A stretch of DNA of 33,385 bases from Candidatus Gottesmanbacteria bacterium (GTDB taxonomy: Bacteria; Patescibacteriota; Microgenomatia; UBA10105; UBA927): the NCBI GenBank assembly GCA_016199185.1, contig JACQHE010000057.1, forward strand, positions 1-33,385. Reading direction: 5' to 3'. The notes below the pieces were generated by a model. That model saw only the letters and a program-made list of their open reading frames with translations, made no database searches and was not told the origin of the DNA. Below are positions 8,825 through 15,592 of the stretch, piece after piece (position 1 is the stretch's first letter; the number at the start of each line of letters is the position of its first letter). The position numbers were made by a program, and so were the translations under genes.

Positions 8825-9614
8825 GGAGGTATTGGAGGGGTTAAACGTACGAGAAGGGGGAAGATATATTGATGCGACGTTCGGACTGGGCGGTCACAGT
8901 GGCGAGATTGTACGACTGGGAGGGGATGTGTTAGGTATAGACGTGGATCCGGAAACGCAGGCGGTTCATGGGAATTTTCGGGACATTGAAAGGATCGCAA
9001 GAGAACACGGGTTTGATCAGGTGGATGGGATACTTTTTGATCTCGGCGTATCGAGTCATCAATTAGACACGCCGGAGCGGGGATTTAGTTTTCGGTATCC
9101 GCATGCCCTCCTTGATCTGCGGATGAACCCGGAGCAAGGAGCGCCGGCATCAGAATACATAAAAAAACTTTCAGAAGAAGAATTGTATGAAATACTTGCA
9201 ACGTTTGGTGAGGAGAAGCTGGCTCGGACAATTGCTCACGCTCTTGTGGGCGCCCGTCGTGTAAGGCCTTTGACAAGTGTGGGTGATGTCGCTCGGGTTG
9301 TGGTTGAAGTAGTAAGAAATTCGAAAGAAACGACGGCAACGCTTGCGCGGGTCTTTCAGGCGATCCGGATAGCCGTCAACGACGAGCTTGGGGCCCTCAA
9401 GGAGGGACTACGGGGCGCCCAAAGACTGTTGACGAGCGGGGGAAGGCTTGCAGTCTTAAGCTACCATTCGCTTGAGGACCGCGTTGTCAAGCGGGAGATA
9501 GGGCGGCTGGGACTGTGGGCAGTTACCAAACGACCGATGAGACCAAGCATTCAAGAGCAGCAGGAGAACCCGAGATCGCGAAGCGCAAAGTTGCGCATAG
9601 CAGAAAAACTATGA
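8796..9614 (+). CDS. rsmH: 16S rRNA m4C1402 methyltransferase
   Basis: HTPVM, DATFGLGGHS, DLGVSSHQLD..RGFSF, SYHSLEDRVVK, NPRSRSAKLR. Confidence 0.96.
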   Translation: MKKHTPVMVEEVLEGLNVREGGRYIDATFGLGGHSGEIVRLGGDVLGIDVDPETQAVHGNFRDIERIAREHGFDQVDGILFDLGVSSHQLDTPERGFSFRYPHALLDLRMNPEQGAPASEYIKKLSEEELYEILATFGEEKLARTIAHALVGARRVRPLTSVGDVARVVVEVVRNSKETTATLARVFQAIRIAVNDELGALKEGLRGAQRLLTSGGRLAVLSYHSLEDRVVKREIGRLGLWAVTKRPMRPSIQEQQENPRSRSAKLRIAEKL

Positions 9615-9904
9615 TGAAGTCATGTATTCGATCAGGCATACGGCTTCTTCCTATCGTTGCTGTTGTGCTGCTCGTCGTGGAGATCCTCGTCACCAACGAG
9701 TTGGCAGGATTTGGCAAGAAAGTCGCCCAAACTGACCGTGCCATTGATACGCTTAAGGAAGAAAACCAACTGTTGCAGGAAAAAGTCGCTTCACTTTCTT
9801 CGCTTCTGACCATCGAAGAAAAAGCCCGTGTCTTGGGTTTTACCACGACGTCTGCGGTGGTCACCATCGGTACAGAAGATGTGGCGTTTTATCTTCAACC
9901 TTAA
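9611..9904 (+). CDS. ftsL: FtsL-like cell division protein
   Basis: Lies between rsmH and ftsI; TM helix, coiled coil, IEEKARVLGF. Confidence 0.7.
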   Translation: MMKSCIRSGIRLLPIVAVVLLVVEILVTNELAGFGKKVAQTDRAIDTLKEENQLLQEKVASLSSLLTIEEKARVLGFTTTSAVVTIGTEDVAFYLQP

Positions 9905-11577
9905 TGGCTAGGATCTGGATAATTTTTTCTCTTATACTCGTTTTTTACGGTCTGCTGGTTGTGCGGCTTTTTTACTGGCAGGTGATGCGCTCATCCCAAC
10001 TTCGGCTGGAGGCGGCGTCGCAGTACTATGTGACGTTTACGCTTCCGGCTCAACGGGGAGCGATCCTTGCCTCCGACGGGAAGCCCTTAGTCCTCAATCA
10101 GTCTGCATATTTGGCGTACGCAGAGCCCAGAAAAATAACTGATATTCCCTCTTTCGCTTCGCAGGTGTCGGCATTGCTAGACTTGGAGAAGGGTGACATT
10201 CAGACTTCTCTTTCCGAGCCCGGCCGTGTTTGGGTGCCTCTCGCGCATAAGGTAGAAGCTGCGCGAGTAAGCGAGCTTAAAGATTTGAAACTCGCGGGTC
10301 TTGGCTTTGAAAAAGAGCCCAGGCGGATGTACCCGGAAAGTTCCATGGCTGCCCATCTCGTGGGATTTGTGGGAAGCGATGAAAACGGGAATGACCAGGG
10401 GTACTTTGGCATCGAAGGGTATTATGACCGGGAGCTCGGCGGCAAAGACGGGATGCTGCAGCTTGAGAAGGACGTCCGAGGGCAGCCCATTTTGGTGGGA
10501 GAAACGCGCCGCATCGAGCCGGAGGACGGCAGAAGCCTGGTATTATGGCTGGACCGCACCGTAGAGCGAATAGTAGAGAATCGGCTGCTTGAGGGAATAG
10601 CAACGTATGGCGCAAAAGAGGGATCGGTGGTCGTTATGGATCCCAAGACGGGCGGGATAGTGGCGATGGCGGGTGTGCCAAGCTATGATCCGGGCACGTT
10701 CAGCCTGTTTGACAAAGACGCCTACAAAAATCCTTTGGTCGCAGGTACCTATGAGCCAGGGTCAACGTTTAAGGTACTGGTGATGGCTATGGGGGTGGAT
10801 CGAAATGTTGTGACGCCCACGATGATGGCGGAAGAAACCGGGCCGGTGCGGGTGGGCGAGTACTTTATCCGCACCTGGGATGACAAGTATCGTGGGATGA
10901 TCTCCATGACGGACGTGTTGGTGCACTCCAGTAACGTGGGCATGGTGTCTGTAGCAAAAAAGCTCGGCCGCGAGGGGATGCTTCGCGTCATTGCCGGGTT
11001 TGGGTTTGGGCAGTCCACAGGGATTGACCTGCAAGAGGAAGCCAGCTCAAGCGTTCGGGAGGACGATGCGTGGGGGGAGATAGACTTGGCGACGGCTTCA
11101 TTTGGTCAGGGGATAGCCGTTTCACCCATCCAGATGGTGCGGGCAGTGGCGGCTATCGCCAATGGTGGTGAGCTTGTCGAACCACGGGTGGTTAAGGAAA
11201 TACGCGATGGCGCGGGCAAGGTGGTGCCGATCAAGCCCAAGAAAGCCCGATCAGTCATATCGCCCGCGTCTGCGCGGGTACTCACGGAGATGATGATCGC
11301 GGCAGTCGACCGCGGAGAGGCAAAGTGGGCCAAACCCAAGGGCTACCGGATAGCGGGGAAGACCGGCACGGCGCAGATTCCGGTTGCCGGGCATTACGAC
11401 GACAAAAAGACGATTGCTTCATTTGTAGGTTTTGCGCCGGCGGATGACCCGAAATTTGTCATGCTCGTGACGCTGCGGGAGCCCACGTCCAGCCCCTGGG
11501 GCTCCGAAACCGCAGCACCCCTGTTTTTCACCATCGCCAAGGATTTGTTTTCGTACTACGGCATCGCGCCTCAGTAA
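9904..11577 (+). CDS. ftsI: Class B penicillin-binding protein (FtsI-type transpeptidase)
   Basis: RGAI, YEPGSTFK (SxxK), SSN (SxN), KTGTAQ. Confidence 0.93.
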   Translation: MARIWIIFSLILVFYGLLVVRLFYWQVMRSSQLRLEAASQYYVTFTLPAQRGAILASDGKPLVLNQSAYLAYAEPRKITDIPSFASQVSALLDLEKGDIQTSLSEPGRVWVPLAHKVEAARVSELKDLKLAGLGFEKEPRRMYPESSMAAHLVGFVGSDENGNDQGYFGIEGYYDRELGGKDGMLQLEKDVRGQPILVGETRRIEPEDGRSLVLWLDRTVERIVENRLLEGIATYGAKEGSVVVMDPKTGGIVAMAGVPSYDPGTFSLFDKDAYKNPLVAGTYEPGSTFKVLVMAMGVDRNVVTPTMMAEETGPVRVGEYFIRTWDDKYRGMISMTDVLVHSSNVGMVSVAKKLGREGMLRVIAGFGFGQSTGIDLQEEASSSVREDDAWGEIDLATASFGQGIAVSPIQMVRAVAAIANGGELVEPRVVKEIRDGAGKVVPIKPKKARSVISPASARVLTEMMIAAVDRGEAKWAKPKGYRIAGKTGTAQIPVAGHYDDKKTIASFVGFAPADDPKFVMLVTLREPTSSPWGSETAAPLFFTIAKDLFSYYGIAPQ

Positions 11578-11580
11578 AAA

Positions 11581-11589
11581 TGCTATAAT
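11581..11589 (+). promoter_or_regulatory. Perfect extended -10 TGcTATAAT, 6 nt before murE ATG
   Basis: Direct consensus match. Confidence 0.6.
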
Positions 11590-11595
11590 ACAGGG

Positions 11596-12777
11596 ATGAT
11601 TCGTGGCCTCAAAGGGCTTTATCACTGGCTGGAAGCGCTCATAGCCAGCATCTGGTTTGGTTTCCCTAGCCGCAAACTCACCGTGATCGGAGTGACCGGC
11701 ACGGACGGCAAGACGACGACAACCACGCTCATCTACGAGATTCTCGCCTCTGCAGGATACAAGGTATCCATGATTACCTCCGTCCACGCCGTGGTGGCCG
11801 GTAAAACCTATGACACCGGCTTCCACGTGACGAATCCGCGCGGCTGGCACGTGCAACGGTTCTTGCGGCAAGCAGTTGATCACGGGGATACGCATTTTGT
11901 GCTGGAGGTTACCTCACATGGTTTGAGCCAGCACAGAGTGGACTTTGTACGGTTTGCCGTGGGAGTCTTAACCAACGTCACGCACGAACACTTGGACTGG
12001 CACAAGACCTTTGATGCGTACCTCCGGACAAAAATTTCCCTGCTTAGACGAGCCCGCGTGGCGGTCATCAACCGAGACGAGGCGGAAGTGTACAACAAAG
12101 CGAGTGAGCTTCTTCGCCGGAAGCGGGTCGTGACCTACGGCATCCGTCGCGATTCGTTGATTAGTCCGAAAACACACCCATTCACCACTAAACTCATCGG
12201 TACGTTTAACCGCTATAATTGTCTGGCGGCCATCGCCGCCACGGACGCGTTAGGCGTGCCGCTTAAATCGGTTCGAGCGGCTGTTGGGGCGTTTGGCGGG
12301 GTTAAGGGTAGGATGGAAGAGATTGTCCATAAACCCTTCCGCGTCATCGTCGACTTTGCCCACACCCCCAATGCCATCGAACAGGCACTTAAAACCATCC
12401 GGAAATCCACCAAACGCCGTATCATTCATGTGTTTGGCAGCGCAGCGCTTCGGGATAGGACCAAGCGGCCCCTCATGGGAAAAGCATCAGGCAGATACGC
12501 AGATGTGATTGTCCTTACGGAGGAAGATTATCGGACGGAAGACGTTAACAGGATTATAGACGAAATCGCCTCGGGGATACCCGCGGGAAAGGTCGTGATG
12601 CGCCTGCCAGATCGGGATGAAGCCATCGGCTATGCGATTGCCGAAGCTAAACCCGGCGACACGGTCATCATTACCGGCAAGGGGCATGAAAAAAGTATTG
12701 CCCGGGGCAAAATCGAATACCCATGGAGTGACCAAGAGGCTGTCAAAAAACATCTGCGATATGCTGCAAAAAATTGA
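11596..12777 (+). CDS. murE: MurE ligase lacking the usual N-terminal domain
   Basis: GVTGTDGKTTT, LEVTSHGL, TNVTHEHLDWH, DFAHTP, RDRTKRPLMG, GKGHE. Confidence 0.9.
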   Translation: MIRGLKGLYHWLEALIASIWFGFPSRKLTVIGVTGTDGKTTTTTLIYEILASAGYKVSMITSVHAVVAGKTYDTGFHVTNPRGWHVQRFLRQAVDHGDTHFVLEVTSHGLSQHRVDFVRFAVGVLTNVTHEHLDWHKTFDAYLRTKISLLRRARVAVINRDEAEVYNKASELLRRKRVVTYGIRRDSLISPKTHPFTTKLIGTFNRYNCLAAIAATDALGVPLKSVRAAVGAFGGVKGRMEEIVHKPFRVIVDFAHTPNAIEQALKTIRKSTKRRIIHVFGSAALRDRTKRPLMGKASGRYADVIVLTEEDYRTEDVNRIIDEIASGIPAGKVVMRLPDRDEAIGYAIAEAKPGDTVIITGKGHEKSIARGKIEYPWSDQEAVKKHLRYAAKN

Positions 12778-13477
12778 CGTAGGGTATCAGTCGTCATTGC
12801 TTAGGCCATTTGAACATGTTCATCATGGATTTTCCAGCCGCAAAGCCGGTGACATGAGACATGATGCAGGAAACAGGAAACGTTTTGCCGGTGCGCTTGG
12901 TTTGGGTCAGTCACCGGTCTTTGCTCAACAGACGCACGGCAATACCGTGCCGGGCGACGGACTCGTGAGTACTACTTTTCCTGTTGCAGTGGTTACCGCA
13001 GATTGTGTTCCCATGCTGCTTGTTGATCCGGAGAGCAAAGTGTTCGGTGCTATTCATGCCGGATGGAAAGGGACTCTGGGTGGCATCATAGTAAACGCGG
13101 TGCGGGCGATGGTGCAGTGCGGCGCCGCCAAACAACGTATCTACGCCGCCATTGGCCCGCACATCGGCGCGTGCTGCTACGGGGTGCCGGAAGAACGGGC
13201 GCAAGTCTTTATAGATCGATTTGGTACGGACGAGAAGATGGCGTTTCAGTCTGACGGGAAATGGCACCTGGACATCGGGTGGGCCAATTACCGGCAGCTT
13301 ATCGAAGCTGGTGTACTATCGGATCACATAGACGCACCGCCCACGTGTACATCGTGCCAGAACGACGAGTTCTTTTCCTACTGTAAGGATTCAAAGGAAA
13401 CATACGGTGAAATGATGGCAGTCATCGGGTTACGATCTATAGTAAAAAAGCGCTTCGCTCGCCGATCCGCTCCGTGA
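12761..13477 (+). CDS. pgeF: Peptidoglycan editing factor PgeF/YfiH family
   Basis: QTHG, TADCVP, IHAGWKG, IGPHIGACCY, CTSC, FFSY; start placed at ATG 12761. Confidence 0.88.
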   Translation: MLQKIDVGYQSSLLRPFEHVHHGFSSRKAGDMRHDAGNRKRFAGALGLGQSPVFAQQTHGNTVPGDGLVSTTFPVAVVTADCVPMLLVDPESKVFGAIHAGWKGTLGGIIVNAVRAMVQCGAAKQRIYAAIGPHIGACCYGVPEERAQVFIDRFGTDEKMAFQSDGKWHLDIGWANYRQLIEAGVLSDHIDAPPTCTSCQNDEFFSYCKDSKETYGEMMAVIGLRSIVKKRFARRSAP

Positions 13478-13506
13478 CAAAATAAACCACGTGGTGTATT
13501 TTGTCA
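13475..13506. repeat. 32-bp near-perfect palindrome TGACAAAATA-a-ACCACGTGGT-g-TATTTTGTCA
   Basis: One mismatched pair; overlaps the pgeF stop codon. Confidence 0.9.
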
Positions 13507-13510
13507 ATTC

Positions 13511-13610
13511 TCTTAACGTTAGGGATATACGAAGTTTTTCTGGAACAAAGTGGAAGAAAAATTTTGGTGAGGGGCGAGCCGAGCCCCGAATCGTATATCC
13601 CTTGTTATAC
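13511..13610. other. attC-like site: TAAC...GTTA ends enclosing a 12-bp inverted repeat
   Basis: TCTTAAC 13511-13517; AGGGATATACGA 13521-13532 / TCGTATATCCCT 13591-13602; GTTATAC 13604-13610. Confidence 0.55.
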
Positions 13611-13671
13611 GCCCTGACGACTGAAAGGAGCGAAGAGTAAAACGTAATCGTTCACGAGTTGGCAAACGAAC

Positions 13672-13711
13672 GTAGTCAATTTGACTAACGGCCGTTAGTC
13701 AAATTGACTAC
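13672..13711. repeat. 40-bp perfect palindrome with nested palindromic arms
   Basis: GTAGTCAATTTGACTAACGG|CCGTTAGTCAAATTGACTAC. Confidence 0.95.
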
Positions 13712-13822
13712 TTCATCCGTAATGGTACTAACGCAAGGTACTTCCTTGCGAGTTCAAACACCGCGTTCTGTTGCATCGTTCACCACGTACTGTTTGATCG
13801 TGTTTGATCCCATCATCCACGC

Positions 13823-13856
13823 TTGACAAAATTACGCCATGGCGTAATTTTGTCAA
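13823..13856. repeat. 34-bp perfect palindrome
   Basis: TTGACAAAATTACGCCA|TGGCGTAATTTTGTCAA. Confidence 0.95.
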
Positions 13857-13997
13857 AACTAAAAATAGCTTCGCAAGAACCACTCCTTGCAAAGCTATCG
13901 GATTTTTTACCTATCACAAAATCGTCGTGCCTGTTTTGCTAACTCGTGAATGGTTACAGTAAAACAAATGCATCTCTATAATTAAGAGAAGAAAATT

Positions 13998-14261
13998 TTA
14001 TCTCGACACCTTGTTGTATATCAGTGCAATGCTTGCACCCAAAAGCCAAAATACGCTAGCTTCAACTACTGTTCCCAAAAGTATATGCGACATACTCGTA
14101 TCAAATTGGGTTACTTCGAGATGTAAGCCTGCAACAAAAAGATTCATAGCCCATTCATACGAGTCTGGAGCTATGGCAACCCAAGCATGAAAAATGGGAT
14201 GTAAAATGACGTCGATAATTGCCAGCGTATTTGCGAAACCGATAACGTTGAATTTTTGCAC
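13998..14261 (-). CDS. Small two-TM membrane protein (possibly DUF5676-like)
   Basis: 87-aa ORF with two hydrophobic segments ending IYNK; GTG start; flanked by a 16-bp perfect inverted repeat. Confidence 0.7.
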   Translation of the reverse strand: MQKFNVIGFANTLAIIDVILHPIFHAWVAIAPDSYEWAMNLFVAGLHLEVTQFDTSMSHILLGTVVEASVFWLLGASIALIYNKVSR

Positions 14262-14342
14262 GTAAATTAAGTTGCGATGTGAGTTTATAAAATTTTCTTC
14301 TCCTTTTCAATAAATAATAAATGTGTGCGAAATTTGGGTGAA

Positions 14343-14362
14343 TCCTGAGCGAAGTCGAAGGA
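14343..14362. repeat. Short REP-like hairpin TCCTGAGCGAAGTCGAAGGA
   Basis: TCCT/AGGA ends; resembles the left arm of the element at 25543. Confidence 0.45.
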
Positions 14363-14380
14363 GTAACCCCATATACTGTG

Positions 14381-14788
14381 TTAGGTGATGTTTGATTTAT
14401 TACCAGTGTGTTTTGTAAAAAACGTAATTTCAAATCCCTCAGGATCAGTTATCTTGAAAGACGTATCACCCCATGAATTATCTCTCAGGCCGAAAACAAT
14501 ATTCGTTCCATTTTGAAACTTTTTCCATAGCTCCCAAACATCTGAGACTTCGAGTGAGAGGCTACAACCAGTAACTGGTTGATATTGGTCTGGAGAAAGC
14601 AATTCTAGTGTTGCAACACCAGTGTCGAACATTACCCCTTTTTCATCTTCTCCAGCACCCCATTCATCTATGACAGGAAACCCGAGTACTGTTTCGTAGA
14701 AATGCCTAACGAGCTCGAAGTCTTTCGGATACAATTTTAATCTAAATTCGCCAACTTTTGTTAAAGGATTCCAAACTTTATTTCTCAT
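14381..14788 (-). CDS. VOC/glyoxalase-bleomycin-resistance family protein
   Basis: FYETVLGF, LELL, SLSLEVSDV, SWGDTSFKITDPEG; start placed at ATG 14788 because the longer ORF runs through the attC-like site. Confidence 0.9.
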   Translation of the reverse strand: MRNKVWNPLTKVGEFRLKLYPKDFELVRHFYETVLGFPVIDEWGAGEDEKGVMFDTGVATLELLSPDQYQPVTGCSLSLEVSDVWELWKKFQNGTNIVFGLRDNSWGDTSFKITDPEGFEITFFTKHTGNKSNIT

Positions 14789-14808
14789 AGGATAACAAAT
14801 CAAATTTC

Positions 14809-14948
14809 GCCTAACGTCCCGGTATATGTGATGTTCCGCTGCATCCATATTTTATCAGATTAGAATCTGCAGCGGAATATGCCTGCCCCCTTTGGCGCGC
14901 GTGCGGAGCGAAGTGCAATCGAGCGAAACCGCTTATTCTGTGTTAGGC
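14809..14948. other. attC-like recombination site (140 bp)
   Basis: GCCTAAC 14809-14815 and GTTAGGC 14942-14948 (RYYYAAC/GTTRRRY); internal stem TTCCGCTGCA 14834-14843 / TGCAGCGGAA 14868-14877. Confidence 0.7.
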
Positions 14949-14970
14949 GATGGCGAGGCCAGCGATAGTT

Positions 14971-15459
14971 TTAACTATTAACAAACTGGCCCGTTTTAAG
15001 ATCCCGTTTTACCTTATCGTAAGGATATACTCTGCCATTAAAGGCAATGAAAACCCCCTCTTTAACCATGTTTATAGCACCGATTGCGATGCCGAGATTG
15101 AAATCTGCATCAGAATTAAAAAATCGCTCTGGTCGCATTGCACCAGTTAAGATAATGGCTTTACCTTTGATGTCACCGAGTAGTTGAGCGGTTTCAATCA
15201 TAGTATCCGTTCCATGCGTAATAACGATTTTGTCAGCATCGGTGCTTAAACATGCCCCACGGATTTTGTTGCGATCTTCGTCTGTTAAATCAAGACTATC
15301 TTTTTGTAAAAGCGGTAAAATTTCAAAGTCAAAGAAGGGGCTTATGTCTTCAAGAATACGTTTCACCGCAGGTGCGGTTATTTCAAAGGCATATCCTTTT
15401 GTTAAACGAGGGTAGTCTTTATCAATAGTCCCGCCGGTTTGTATAAAGAGTATTTTCAT
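14971..15459 (-). CDS. Short single-domain asparaginase-family protein
   Basis: TGGTIDK, DSLDLT, ITHGTDTM, LTGAMRP, SDADFN motifs; C-terminal domain absent. Confidence 0.92.
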   Translation of the reverse strand: MKILFIQTGGTIDKDYPRLTKGYAFEITAPAVKRILEDISPFFDFEILPLLQKDSLDLTDEDRNKIRGACLSTDADKIVITHGTDTMIETAQLLGDIKGKAIILTGAMRPERFFNSDADFNLGIAIGAINMVKEGVFIAFNGRVYPYDKVKRDLKTGQFVNS

Positions 15460-15592
15460 AACGTGTTTATTTTACTAGCTGGCCTCGCTTTCGCATAACT
15501 CGTTTCTGGGCGAAATGAGTGTTGATTAATAGCGTAATATAGCTTTACCGTAATTTCTGAAAATCGCGCCACGCAAGTGTATACTATACGAT

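Larger units (their letters stand above)
13644..13957. mobile_element. 314-bp non-autonomous element (MITE) with IS66-like ends
   Basis: 23-bp terminal inverted repeats (20/23 match) starting GTAA; exact 8-bp flanking duplication AGTAAAAC at 13636-13643 and 13958-13965. Confidence 0.8.

Noticed and set aside
13712..13822. Possible transposase remnant inside the MITE
   Set aside because: Only very short minus-strand frames (e.g. MMGSNTIKQYVVNDATERGV) with no diagnostic motif.
13475..13960. CRISPR array interpretation of the palindromes
   Set aside because: The repeats are not identical direct repeats with regular spacers, and no cas genes are present.
14789..14848. N-terminal extension of the VOC ORF
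   Set aside because: It reads through the attC-like site; the domain starts after ATG 14788.
13431..15592. TACGAT at both island edges as a possible target duplication
   Set aside because: Only 6 bp, and joining the two copies does not restore a pgeF stop; likely chance.
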